DNA of 62,879 nt, filler included, from Thraustochytrium aureum (taxonomy: Eukaryota), in NCBI GenBank assembly GCA_012862495.1. It is 4 parts of 2 records of this genome, joined end to end, with 100 filler letters (N's around TTAATTAATTAA, not from the genome) between each part and the next. Parts side by side here need not be neighbours in the genome. Positions count along the whole stretch, not along the records: positions 1 to 29,574 come from BLSG01000114.1; 3 more parts are not named here. The stretch is one strand, 5' to 3'. The notes beneath the pieces were generated by a model. It ran no database searches, had not been told where the DNA came from, and was given only the letters and a program-made list of their open reading frames with translations. Shown here in pieces: positions 1 through 11,699 of this stretch. Each line of letters opens with the position of its first letter. The first letter of the stretch is position 1. The translations under genes were made by a program, and so were the position numbers.

Positions 1-148
1 AGGGCGCCAGCCGCGCCACTGAATACGCGCTTACGGGGCCAGACGAGGACGCCTGCGACGGGTCGTCGGCCGCGCGCCGGGCGCAGCTCTGCCAGTCGGC
101 GGCCTGAGCGCCTGTGGCGCCGCTTTCACGGCGAAACCCGGAGGGAGC

Positions 149-2707
149 ATGGGGTCAGCTGCGAGCACAGCAAAGCAAAAGGTGATACCAAGGCCAAGTA
201 ACGAGACCAGTACGAGCGCCAAGCGCTATGTGGGTACCGCTCAGACCTGCCGGGCGACTGCCGCAGAGCAGGGCTCATCTGAGAATGACGCCTCGAACGA
301 TTTCGATGAGCTGGACGCGGACCTGCCCGCCCCCCTCCCCGCTGCGCACGCGATCACAAGGCGCTCGAGCATTCAACTATTCACGGACGAGGCACGGATA
401 TTTGGAGCGGCCTCGGACAGCGCCGGCGACCGCTTTGCGATGGGCGGCGTGAGCCAGGACCGGCGCGTTTCGTTTGTTCTGAAGCGCGACAGCGCGTCTG
501 CGAGCAGCTCGTCCTCGATAACACCGGTCCACGAAGAGCTTGACGAGCAGATGAAGTTGGAAGTGCTGCGATTCGCCACGCAAATCAGCGTCTCGACGGA
601 CATGAATGCAATCCTTGAAACCGTGGATCGCGTCTTCAAGCGCCTCTTTGCCGGATCCAAGGTCGTCATCCACTTGAACCCGGACTATGCGTCCAGATAC
701 CATCGGTTCTTGCGCAAGCACGCCAATAAACGCAGGGCCTCGTCCAGCAAGAGCCTGATCTCCAGCCTTGAAATCGGCTTTGAGGACAACTTGCACGAGC
801 TATGCGGGCTGCGGAGCCTGAGTTCCGCACTGCAAGTTGGGGCCGTGAACGACGTGGACTCGTTCCAGATGGCGCCCCGCCTGGACTCCACGACCCCAAC
901 AGCCGCGCAAGTCGCAGCATCTATTGCTTCCGCGGAGCAGCCCGAGGAAACGCAAACCAGCTCTGGCGGGGAGGGCGCTGCTATGGCGGGTGGCGAGCCC
1001 GGCACCCCTGAGCGGACACGCCGCCCAAGCGCCAGTAAGCTGCTCGCTCTGGGGTGCCCGATCTTCTCGCTCCTGAATCATGAGATTCCCTCGCTGCAAA
1101 GCGCCGGCGACGAAAACGACAGCCTCCTCGAAGATGTGCGCAAGGAGCAGCGCAAGCTCAAGAGCAGGAATATTATTGCCGTGTGCGAAATCTCTCGCGC
1201 GGAAGCCAGCAAAACCCCGTTCACGGAGGCGGATGCCCGCCTTTTGGCAGCCCTATCCATTCACCTCGGCCAGTCGCTCGAGCGGGCCTGCATCGAGAGC
1301 GACCTCGCCAAACACCTCGAATGGTCGCGCATGATGCTGCGGATGAGCGAGACGCTCAATTCCAATCTGGACGCTGTGCAGCTGATCGAGTCCGCGATCA
1401 AGATGCTGCGAGGGGCCCTATTCGCGGAGCGAGGTTCCATGTACCTGGTAGACGAAACCAAGCGCCCGCCAGACCTTTGGACAATGGTGACTGGCAGTGA
1501 CGTCGACTGCGACGAGTTGCGCGAGCTGCGGATTCCCTTCGGAAAGGGAATCGCTGGCTACGTCGCCAGCTCCGAGCAGGTGGTGATGATCCCGGACGCG
1601 TACCAGGACGCGCGGTTTAATCCCGACGTTGATCGCCGGACAGGGCTCAAGACGACGAGTATCCTGTGCGTGCCTGTGCTGTCCTCAGAGCGAAGGCTTG
1701 TGGCCGTAATCCAGATGATCAACAAGCGGGATACGGACGGCGGGTGGACAGCCGCCTTTGACCAGGACGACGTAGACATCCTCAACTCGTTTTCGTCGCA
1801 CGTCAGCGTGGCGCTCCACAACGCCAAGGTAACGGCGCAGAACAAGTATAACGAGGAGATCGCCAACGACCTCCTCGACAAGATGTTTCCACGCCACATC
1901 ACAGACAAGCTCAAGCGCAGCAACGAGCTGATGGCCTTGGGACGCCAGCGCAAGGCGCACGGGCGCCGCAATTCGCTGACCAACACGCACGAGCCAATCG
2001 TGGAGAAATACAGCAAGGTGTTTGTGTTCTTCTCGGACATCGTCTCGTTCACGACCCTGAGCATGGAGTGGGAGCCCTACGAGGTCGTGAACTTGCTCAA
2101 CGACCTCTTCACGCAGCTGGATCTCCTCTCGGCCAAGCACGGGATCTACAAGCTTGAGACGATTGGAGACGCCTACGTGGCCTGCTCGAATCTCCCCTTC
2201 ATGGACCAGGAGTCGGAGCGCCACGCGGCAGAGAACATGGCCCGCTTTGCTGTGGACGCCATGGAGCTCGTCAAGGTTTTCACGACGCGGAGCGGGAAGA
2301 AAATCCAGATTCGTGCTGGCGTCCACTGTGGCCCTTGCTTCGGTGGCGTGGTGGGGATGACTATGCCGCGGTATTGCTTGATGGGCGACACGATGAACAC
2401 GGCGAGCCGCATGGAGTCGACCGGGCAGGCTGGCATGATCCACATCAGCGAGGACTTTAAGGCCGCGCTTGAATCGCAAGAAGGGGCGTCCCCAATCCCG
2501 TTTTCCGAATTCCAGTTCGAAGACCTCGGGACCATGCACGTCAAGGGCAAGGGCGACATGCAGACCTACTTTTTGCTGCCCCCGCGCGAGTTTTCGCGAG
2601 GGTTTTCCTGCTCAAGCATTCGCATCCCCGTGCGCCCCAGCATCGACGCCTCAAACATTGCAAACTACAACGACGGCAAAAACCTTTGCTCGGTTGACTT
2701 GGTCTGA
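149..2707 (+). CDS. GAF-GAF-class III nucleotide cyclase, guanylate-cyclase type
   Basis: 852-aa uninterrupted ORF. Cyclase motifs FFSDIVSFT, YKLETIGDAYV and RAGVHCGPCFGGVVGMTMPRYCLMGDTMNTASRMES; the E of KLETIGD and the C of RYCL are the GTP-specifying residues. PDE-like GAF: GKGIAGYVA..IPDAYQDARFNPDVDRRTG..SILCVP..VIQMINK..FDQDD. An earlier, interrupted GAF ends in IIAVCEI..PFTEADARLL. N-terminus MGSAAS. Confidence 0.93.
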   Translation: MGSAASTAKQKVIPRPSNETSTSAKRYVGTAQTCRATAAEQGSSENDASNDFDELDADLPAPLPAAHAITRRSSIQLFTDEARIFGAASDSAGDRFAMGGVSQDRRVSFVLKRDSASASSSSSITPVHEELDEQMKLEVLRFATQISVSTDMNAILETVDRVFKRLFAGSKVVIHLNPDYASRYHRFLRKHANKRRASSSKSLISSLEIGFEDNLHELCGLRSLSSALQVGAVNDVDSFQMAPRLDSTTPTAAQVAASIASAEQPEETQTSSGGEGAAMAGGEPGTPERTRRPSASKLLALGCPIFSLLNHEIPSLQSAGDENDSLLEDVRKEQRKLKSRNIIAVCEISRAEASKTPFTEADARLLAALSIHLGQSLERACIESDLAKHLEWSRMMLRMSETLNSNLDAVQLIESAIKMLRGALFAERGSMYLVDETKRPPDLWTMVTGSDVDCDELRELRIPFGKGIAGYVASSEQVVMIPDAYQDARFNPDVDRRTGLKTTSILCVPVLSSERRLVAVIQMINKRDTDGGWTAAFDQDDVDILNSFSSHVSVALHNAKVTAQNKYNEEIANDLLDKMFPRHITDKLKRSNELMALGRQRKAHGRRNSLTNTHEPIVEKYSKVFVFFSDIVSFTTLSMEWEPYEVVNLLNDLFTQLDLLSAKHGIYKLETIGDAYVACSNLPFMDQESERHAAENMARFAVDAMELVKVFTTRSGKKIQIRAGVHCGPCFGGVVGMTMPRYCLMGDTMNTASRMESTGQAGMIHISEDFKAALESQEGASPIPFSEFQFEDLGTMHVKGKGDMQTYFLLPPREFSRGFSCSSIRIPVRPSIDASNIANYNDGKNLCSVDLV

Positions 2708-2899
2708 GAAAACGCATGGTCTGAGAATTGGCATGGTCTGATGAGGCGAAACGAGCCGACAGGTCAAAACCGCCGGTTGCAGCGCGAATTCTCGCCTTTA
2801 AAAATCAAGGTATGTTCATTGTCTTGTCGCTCTACTTTTTACAGTCAGGGGGTGGTGCGCAGAAACTCGTTTCGTTTCGAGGCCGGCGTCAGGCCTGCC

Positions 2900-5800
2900 T
2901 TATTCGCTGTGCGACGCGTTGCTCGCGACCTCGAGAGCACCCGCTAGCACTGCACGCCGCTTTAGCCGCTCCCTTGCCTCCGAAGTCTTCAGTGCCCCCC
3001 TGCGCTTTGCCGCAGATGAAGCCTTGGCAGACTCCTCGTCTGTGTCAATCGAGTCCATGCTTGAATCGCTGTCGACGCGCAACAGTTTCCGTGCAACGCG
3101 GGTTGGGGGGTCGCTGTCGTACTCTTCCTCTTCAACAGCAAAGCATTGCCGGGCAGCGAGCCGGCTCGGCGCGTCGTCTTCCGTCGAGTATATCGAATCC
3201 ATTCCCGAGTCAGAGTCCAGCCGCTTTCGTGAGCTCTCAACAAACACACGAAGCCTGGAGACTTGGACCTGGACGCATGTGGACTCGACCATTATGGCCC
3301 CTGCGCTGGGCCTAGCATCTGCGTTTACTGCATCCTCCTCTTCCTCCTCAGCTTGCGCATCGTCAGCTTCGCCAGAGCTGACGCCAGGCGTTCCAAGCGC
3401 GGAGGCGCGATCTGTAGAGGATTCCTTCTGGGCAGGCGAACGCGCCTCTGTACACGGGCGCTTGACATCAACCTTGCCGCCGAAATAGGTCAGCTCCTCC
3501 TCTTCGGCGTCCGAGTCGATTTCGGACATGCTGCCTTCGCTGCCACCAAATACCTCTCGCGGCTTGGCCCCGCGGTGCCGCGCCGCAGAGACGATTTCGT
3601 TCTCTGCGTCGCTTTCGAATTCTTCTTCGGAGAGCACCTGGATTGGAGGTCTCTCGTCCCCTTGAGAATCGAAACGCTCGCGCTTTGGCTGGCTGGCCTC
3701 CTTCGGCAGGCTAGCACCCTTTGGCAGGCTGGCGCCCTTCGACAGGCTGGCGCCCTTCGCGGCGAGTTCGATTCGTGCGGCCTGAACTCGGGAGCCGAAC
3801 GTCATGGCCGTATCGCCGCCCTCCTTGTGCTCCCGGACCTCGTCGACGCAAAGTTCCTCAGGTAGAGCAGTTTCCAGCGCTGGCACCCCCAGCTTTTCGA
3901 CGTGCTCGGCTCGATCAAGCGCGACTTGCTTTTCGTTGTGTCGCCCATCCTCCTCGTCGCTATCCTTCGCTTCCTGGACTTCGTCACTTTCTAGTGAAGC
4001 CTCGGCACGAAGCGCAGTCGTACGCGAGTCTCGCACAGCAGCTCTGGGAGGAGATCGCCCGTTGGCTGCTGCTTGGTCCCACGCTTCCGCTTTGCTTCCT
4101 GTTTCAGACATGGACTCGATGTTCTCGTCTTCCTCATCCTCATCCTCGTCGTCGTCGTCTTCCTCATCTTCGTCTTCATCGTCGTCGTCCTCGTCCTCGT
4201 CCTCGTTGAGCTTTGCTGCTCGAGCCAGTAGAGCAGCCCGCGCACGTTGGGCTGAAGAGGCGAGGCTGGTGCCGAAATCCGAACTCGCATAATCCTCGTC
4301 CAGATCGTCTCCGTCGCCGTCGTCCAAACCGTCTTCGTCGTTTTCGTCGCCGTCGTCGATAGGCTCAGGAGCGTCTTCGTCGCTTGCGCCGTTTACTACT
4401 GCCAGGTCGCCCCGCAGGCTGCTTTTTCCAAGCTTCGCCGGCTGGTGGCCATCAATCTCGCGGTCTTGGACCCCGTCTACCTGGGCCTCGCGCCTCCGGG
4501 CATCCGCATTTTGCTCGTTCCCCTCTCGTACGTCTTGGGCCTCCCGTGCGACTTGATTGGGTGAAACGCCTTCACCACGGCAATTGGGCGTCTCAGCTTC
4601 CCGGCTTGTGGAGGCGTCGCGCTCGTTCAGCCGGTCGTCCCTGGAGGTACCGCCGACGTTGGCCGCGTTGGCTGGCTCTGCTTCTGCTTCAGACTCGCCA
4701 GACTCTGATCCTGATTCCTGCTTTGGGAAGTAAGTGGGCAGAACGGAGACAACAGAACTGTTTCGACGACGTCCAGATCGGCCCGAGCTGGCCCGCGTTG
4801 TCACCAGCAGCACGGCATCCTCGTTCGCATCGCGCAGGGTTTCGTCCACGGCCGCGCTCACCACATCCTCCAAGGTGGGTTCTGGGATATCGTCAGACTC
4901 GGCCGACTCGTCCACAGAACTACGATAGTCTGGAGCATTCATGTCGAGCTCCTCCGCGACGGATTCGTCGACGAGCAGTCCGCCTTCGCAACTTGCGTCA
5001 AGAGAGCGCCGCCGTTGCGCACGCAGTTGGGCCCGACTCGCTGGCCCATCGTCTGAGGCAGCTTCGGCGTCGTCGTGGTCCGAGTCTGACTCGCTCAGGA
5101 CGATCTGATCGAGCTGGATCCCGTCGTCTTGGTCGTCTTGGTCGTCTTGGTCGTCGGCGTCGAGCGCGAGAGCAGTTGGGTTCACCTCGACGAGCGTTTG
5201 CGGGGCCTTGTTCCAGNNNNNNNNNNNNNNNNNNNNNNNNNNNNNNNNNNNNNNNNNNNNNNNNNNNNNNNNNNNNNNNNNNNNNNNNNNNNNNNNNNNN
5301 NNNNNNNNNNNNNNNNNNNNNNNNNNNNNNNNNNNNNNNNNNNNNNNNNNNNNNNNNNNNNNNNNNNNNNNNNNTTCTCCCGGTTGCGGGAGGCTGCGAG
5401 ACTCGCTGCCGCCTCAGCGATGGAAGGCGTCGACGCGGTGGACGAGCCCTCGACGCTCTCCGTCTCGTGAGATTTCAAGAACGTCTGCGAGGAGCCTCGC
5501 CGCTGGAACGCGGCAGCAGCTTCCATCGCGAGCGACTTTTGCATGACGCGCTTGGGGTCGAGCTTCGCTTGGTCCTGGTCCTCGTCCTTGCCGGTTGAGG
5601 AGGCCGAAATGGCGCTGGTTGCACCAGCGTCAAGGGTGGGTTCTTGCGCAGACTGGGGCTGTGCAGCATCTTGCGGCCCCTCGGACTCACTACTGCTGTC
5701 GCCGTCGGCTCCTCGTCGCTCCCTGCTCTTGCGCTTTGCGAGCGCAGCGGCAGCAAGGGCTGCGGTCAGCAACGCGACGCGCCGTGCCTCATCGGGCGAC

Positions 5801-8013
5801 TCAGGTTTCGCTTGCGCTGCAACCGAGCTGGAGCTCTGCAGAGTCGTTCCGCGCGACTTGGAAACCGCCCCACTTGCAACGGCAGCGGTTGACGCAACCG
5901 CAGCAGAGGCAGCTACGGCGGCGAGGGCTGCATTCTCGCGATTGCGCGCTCCTTCAGGCTGCCGCTCCTCGTCGCCTTCCTCGGCGAGACCCTCGCTGGC
6001 GCTTTCGATGTCGGAGTCGGCTGCATAACTGCGCTCTGCTTTCCTCCCGGTCGTTTCGTGACCATCGGCTTGGCCGTGGTTCTCAGAGACGTCCGATTCA
6101 ATCTCATCCGACTCGACCTCATCCGACTCTATGCCTTCGTCCTCTGAATCCGCCAACTTGGCTTGCTTGGCTTTCGAGCGAGAATTCGGCTTTGGGCGGG
6201 ATTCGGGCTCGCCATCGCTGCCCTCCTCCTCCTCCTCCTCTTCGCCGTTTTCGTCGCCACTGTCGTCGCCGGCGGAAACCTCGGAGCCTTCGTCGTCCTC
6301 GCAACCAGGCCTTCTTGGAACCTGCGTATCACTACCGTCGGACTCGTTGTCTGATTCAAGGTCGTCCTCGCCCTCAGAAGCGGAGTGGCTGGCTCGGCGC
6401 TGAGGCGGCTCAGCTTGACTGCTCTCATCGTCACTGGAGGCTGCGCTGTCATCCTCGTCGCTATTCTCCGTTGAGACGCCGCCGGCCGCGACGATCTCGC
6501 GCTCATCGGCACCCTCGGCCTCCTCGGCATCGTCCGCGTCGTCGCTATCGCTTGCTTCGCCCGCTTGGTCTTGGTCGTCGGCTCCGCTTGGCTGGCTGTC
6601 GCCGTCGCCTTCATCGGCGACAGACGATTGCGGGCTCGTGGCACTCTGGAGGTTTGCTTTTGAGGCTTCCTCCTCCTCGTCGTTCTCGTCGTCGCTCTCG
6701 GAACCGCTTGATGCGTCACGGTCGAAGCCGCCGACAGCTAGGCTCTGCGTGACACGTTCAAGGTTTTCGTCGTCGTCCTCGTCAGTCTCGTCCTCCTCGT
6801 CGTCCTTGTTTCCAGCATTATCTTCATCTTCGTTGTCGCTGGCGCCGTCCGGCTCAGAATCGGAGCCGCTTTCGCTCGGCGGGTAGGCTTCCGGCGGCTT
6901 GGCAGACTCGTCCTCAGAGGCTTCGCTGTCCTCCGCGTCGTCCTGGGAGTCATCATCACCCTCGTTTTCTTGGTCGATTTCGGCAGACTCTGCGCCAGAG
7001 TGCTGGCCCGCGCTGTCCTTGACGAAGGTTTGCACCTCGACATCGTCGCTGAACGTCACCTTGCGCTCCAAAGCGGACCGAGCGCCGCTGCCGACGGCGG
7101 CCACATCCGTGGGCAGGCCCTTGAGCAAGTGCACGATGCGCAGAAACTTGATGCGTTCTCCCATGTTGAGCCCCATCTCGCGCAGGTTTTCGTCCTCGAG
7201 GAAGAAAACCGCTGGGAGGTCGACGCCCTGCGCTTCGAAGGTCTCGCGGTGCTCGCCCATGCCTACGGCGTCCAGAAGGTCCGCAGTGTTGTGGATGCTG
7301 GCTCGCGCTAGGCTGTTGACGTTGAGGGCGCTCTCGCGCAGCCTGCCCATGGCTGCGTCGACCTCGACCTCCTCCGAGCCGTCCAGGAGCTCGACCGAGT
7401 TGTTTCGCGTCAAGTGGGTCCGCGCGGAGACGGAGGTTGGACTCGGGTGCTGGCTAGCGATTGCGCTGACAGACTCGCCGTTGAGCACGACGTCGTTCGC
7501 ACCGCTGGGTCGCGTCAAGAGCCTTTTCCCGTTGCGCTGGTTGATGTAGTATCGCTCGCCGCTGTTCCTGTCCACGTTCGAGATCCAAATCTCACTCTGC
7601 GCTGAGCCGTTCGAGGTGTCCACAGCGAGGTTTGGTAGCCGCGTAGAAAGGCGCGACGCCGCACGGCTCGGCGTGGGGTCCGTGTCTTGTGTGTCTTGTT
7701 GGTCTTCGTCTTCGTCGTTGTCGCTGTTGCTCTCGTTTGCATCATCGTCGTCGCTCGCGTCGTTTTCGGCGGTGGCGCCTGCAGAGCCTGCAGCGGCGCG
7801 CTCCCGCTCGAGCCTCTGCTGCTCGAGCTGCTTTCTTTTCTTGCTGCTAGTGAAGGTCTTCCTCAGCCGCTTCCCGACGGCCTTCCTGCCTTTGCTCAGG
7901 CCTTTGCCGACGCGCGCCACGTTTCGCTTCAAGTTTCGTTTCGCGGCGGCAAGCAGCGAGTTGGCATCCTGCGACCTCTGCGCGAGCACGCCTTCTTCCG
8001 CGGCCGCCGGCAT
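2900..8013 (-). CDS. Very large acidic, mostly disordered protein with WW-like domain, SAM domain and RVxF motif (two ORFs joined across gap 5217-5374)
   Basis: ORFs 5182-8013 and 2900-5185 are both open into the same gap and share Asp/Glu/Ser-rich composition. WW-like WISNVDRNSGERYYINQRNGKRLLTRP; SAM LLDAVGMGEHRETFEAQGVDLPAVFFLEDENLREMGLNMGERIKF; PP1-docking RKVTF. Confidence 0.75.
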
Positions 8014-8967
8014 GTCGCCCCAGGCCCGTCCTCCAGAGCGTGCAAGCTGTCGGGGCGCGCTGCTCGCGCGCTGCTCGCGCGCTGCTCGCGCGTTGCTTGC
8101 GCGCGTCGGCCTTTCGGCGCCAGGTGCCTTTTCGGGGTTCCCGGCCTGGGGCCGACCAGGACCGCCTTGCGGCGCGTACCTCGCGCTTTACCGGTGCGCG
8201 AGCGCCGCGCTGCTGCTCTGCTGCTCTGCTGCTCTGCGGCTTCCGCGGGCCTCGCTGCTCTGGCCTGCTTTCGCGCACTGCTCTGCACAGTGCCAGAGTC
8301 GCGCGTCTCTCCTTGTTATGTGTTGTGCAAGAACAAACCCGAGTTTCCACTCAAGACCCTGTCGCGGAAATGGCGGATCGCCCTCACAGCCCAGCCGCGC
8401 TCTCACTCAAGACTCGTCGCGTGACAGGTGGATCGCTCTCACCGCGCAGACGACGAAGTTTGACGCAAGACCCCTTCGCGGCAGACAGAGGCTGAGGCTG
8501 CAAAAAACGCAGCGGCCCCTCTCGAGCTAGAGAGAGAGAGCTCTAGAGGTAGAGAGGTATGCCGTTCTCACAAGAATCAGTCGGTGTTTTGCTTCAAGAG
8601 CCTCCACGCACACGCAAGGGCCGCAGAGGGGCCGCCGCTCTCTCGCTCTTTCAGCACGCCGGTGGGACTGAGGAGGGGCCGCCGCGCGCCCTCTCTCTCT
8701 CTCAGTCTATCTATCTATCTCTCTCTCTCGCGCGCAGAGGGGAAGAGGTAAGAGGAAGAGAAAGGAAGGAGCTTGAACTTGAAGGCAGAGTAGAGTACCT
8801 TCATCATGATGTTGGTAGTAGTAGACTCGGAGAAGGTAGTTGTTGTTGTTGGTTGGTTGGTTGGTGCTGGGGCCGCGGTGGATCGGCCGCACAAGCAGGC
8901 CGGCAAGAAAGAAAGGCGAGCTTTAGGCTCGTTCGTGCGAGACGCGTTCAATTGAAATCGAGCTGGC

Positions 8968-9025
8968 CGTCTGCGTCTGCTGCGTCTGCTGCGTCTGCTG
9001 CGTCTGCTGCGTCTGCTGCGTCTGC
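8968..9025. repeat. 9-bp tandem repeat (GCGTCTGCT)n running into an assembly gap
   Basis: Directly visible; about 6 copies before the Ns. Confidence 0.9.
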
Positions 9026-9720
9026 NNNNNNNNNNNNNNNNNNNNNNNNNNNNNNNNNNNNNNNNNNNNNNNNNNNNNNNNNNNNNNNNNNNNNNNNNNN
9101 NNNNNNNNNNNNNNNNNNNNNNNNNNNNNNNNNNNNNNNNNNNNNNNNNNNNNNNNNNNNNNNNNNNNNNNNNNNNNNNNNNNNNNNNNNNNNNNNNGTC
9201 TGCATTCTGCTGTCGCGGGCTCGCTCGGGAACTTGCTAGCTCGCATGCGTGCTGCCCCATCCAGCGGGCCGTGAGTGTGAGCTTGATGTCAAGGAGCCTG
9301 ATGAGGAGTACTGAACTCGGTAGGCCTGGCTGCGCCCCGAGGCTTGATGCAATTGAGAGATCGTACCGGCGGCAGGTGGAGCGAGCTCGGCGGTCCAGTT
9401 ATTGACTCGGCCGAGGTCCCTGTCTGGCGGGCAACACAGCCGGCTCGGATGAAGCGCGCGGGCGCAGTCGAGCGCGCAGCACAGGAGGCGGCAAGTTCGG
9501 TAATGGTGACAAGAAGGAAAATCGTGAGATTCAGTGTGAGATCGCGCGCCCCGGGCCTCAACAACACAGAAACGGGGCCCGAGCGTCCGTCCACGCACGT
9601 TCGAACGGCCAGTCGAAACGAAGAGCAAAACACGCTGGCAATCAGCCACCCAACCAAAAGATCTCCAGGTACAGCAAGACGGCCAGGCAAGAGAGCAGGC
9701 ACGAACGACCTGCGGCTGGC

Positions 9721-11699
9721 TCACTTGGAGGCCAGGCCGGCCGCGCTCTTGAGCCGGCACCGGCCGTGACGGTGGCGGCCCTTGCAAGCCGAGCACGGGC
9801 GGTTCGGGCACTTGCCAGCGACGAGGCCGCAGTTCTCGCCGATCTCGGAGCAGTAGTGGCAGTGGCTGCGCTTGCGCAGCATCGTGTACTGGCGCGCCTT
9901 GGCGCCGGCGCTACTCGGCGAGCCCTTCTTGGCCGCCTTGCGGCCGGTGGCTCGCGCCGCCGAGGTGTCCACGGAGATCTGTGGGCGCTTGCGCTGGCTC
10001 GTGCGCGCAGCGGCGCCCATGGAAGAGGTCTTGAGAGAGTCCCCCGAATCAGGAACGTCTGGCGCCCCCATCTGGCGCGCTCGAGCAGCCGTCTGCGCAG
10101 CACTCTGCAGATAATCGGGTGTCGGCTTCTTGGGCGACATTGTCCCCGTTGGCGAGAACAGGGACGACGGGTGCGGCAGGCCCCGCTCGTTCGACGGCGA
10201 GGGCTTGTTGACTGGCGTGTTGCAGGCCGACGAGATTGGCGTGTTGGGAAACGAGAACGGGAATGAGTTGAACCCAGATGGTGTCGAAAGCGGCAGGAGG
10301 AGGGAGCTCAGAAGCTGGTCAGCGCTATTTGGTGTGCTGGCCTGCTGTTGTTGGCCGTGACTCGGTGGCGTCGTCTGGTGCTGATGCTGTTGCTGGTGGT
10401 GGTTCTGGTGCAGGCCGTGCTGGTTGTTCTGCATCTGCTGCTGCTGGTGCATGCTGTGAAACTGAACTTGATGGTTGTGCCCGGACGAAGAGGGGCTGTC
10501 GCGCAGCTGGAGGCCGTGCTGGGTGTGCGGTCGCGGCTCGTTATGCGGCTGGTATGGCCCGCCTTGGTCGTGTTGCGGCTGGTGGTGGGCGTGCGACGAT
10601 GCCATTTGGTCCATTGCGCTCCCGAAGTGCTGGCCGTGCATCTGCAGGTGGTGTTGGTGGTGGTGGCCCTGATGGTTCTGGTGGTGATGCACTTGTTGTT
10701 GGTGTTGTTGGTGCTGCTGGTGATCGTGGCCCAGGCTCTGTTGATGACCGTGGTTGCTTGGCGTCTCTTGCTGTTGGCTGCTGCTGTTGCTGGGCGAAAG
10801 CAGCGAAGAAAAGTGCGATGGCGACGTCAAGTTGGTCATGGTGAGCAATCCCGCACGCATCATCTCGGCGGCCAGCGGCGAGCCGGCGCCCGAAGGCGAA
10901 AGCACCGCGCTAAAGTGCGCAATGTTGAAAGGGGTCCCTGAGGCCGCCACCGCCGCGGCACGCGCCGAGAGCGAGTCCGCGAAGGAGTTCACGGCGGACA
11001 AGGCCGGGTCTGAGGTGTCGAGCGTGAGATCCGGCCGCTTGGACATTCGCCGCGGCGTCTTCTTGATCGGCAGCGCCGTAGGCGACCCGGTGGACGAGCT
11101 CGGGCCTTCCGAGCTCGGTGTCGTTGCGGCGGAGGGGGGGCTGCCCCGTTTGCGGGCGACGGCTTGGGGGCGGCGAGGCCAACTGGGGCCTGGACCTTGT
11201 TGACAGGCGTCTTGCGGCACCGGCCGAGGCGGTGCCGTCCGCCGCAGATTGTGCAAGGCCGGTTCGGGCACTTGCCCGCCACAAGGCCGCAGTTTTGCTG
11301 GAGCGGCTCGCAGAAGTGGCAGTTGCTCTTGCGCCGCCACGCCGTCGAGCCGGCGCGCGAGGCCTTGGGCCGTGACGCAGAGGTGGCGCTGCAGGGCGTC
11401 GGGATAGCGGACGAAGCTGCCGTGCTTGCGGCGTCCTCGTCTGCGCCAACCGAGCCGCCAGACTTGGGCGAGCGCTCCTCCGACACGGGCAGCAGGTCGC
11501 GCAGCACGCCGATGGCCTTCTTCTCCGAGTCAGAGAGCGTCTGGTACCTGGCGTCGGCCCCCTTTTTGGGCTCTGCTTTGATCTTGGGCTTGTTGGAGGC
11601 TGGTCCGTCGTCCACCGTTACCTTGAGTTTGCGTTTGCTGTTCTTGGGCGAAGCCTTGGGCGCAGAAGCACTGCTGTTGGTCTCTACAGCGCCGGCCAT
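9721..11699 (-). CDS. Low-complexity (Q/H/S-rich) protein with two copies of a C-x2-C-x6-C-x6-C-x4-C-x2-C-x3-H-x4-C zinc-binding module; putative nucleic-acid-binding regulator
   Basis: ATG at 11699 (MAGAVETNSS). Module 1 is CHFCEPLQQNCGLVAGKCPNRPCTICGGRHRLGRC; module 2 is CHYCSEIGENCGLVAGKCPNRPCSACKGRHRHGRC. The frames join if one base is added to the G7 run at 11134-11140. The 5' end may extend into the gap at 11865. Confidence 0.75.

Noticed and set aside
9754..9800. CCHC knuckle as a retrotransposon Gag remnant
   Set aside because: It is part of a larger 8-ligand module in a low-complexity protein; no protease, RT, integrase or LTR nearby.
11134..11140. Programmed ribosomal frameshifting or pseudogenisation as the explanation for split ORFs (here and in TMEM231, SBP2, ATG1, PI4K)
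   Set aside because: Breaks occur in many unrelated, otherwise intact conserved genes and map to homopolymers where they can be located. Sequencing error is more parsimonious.
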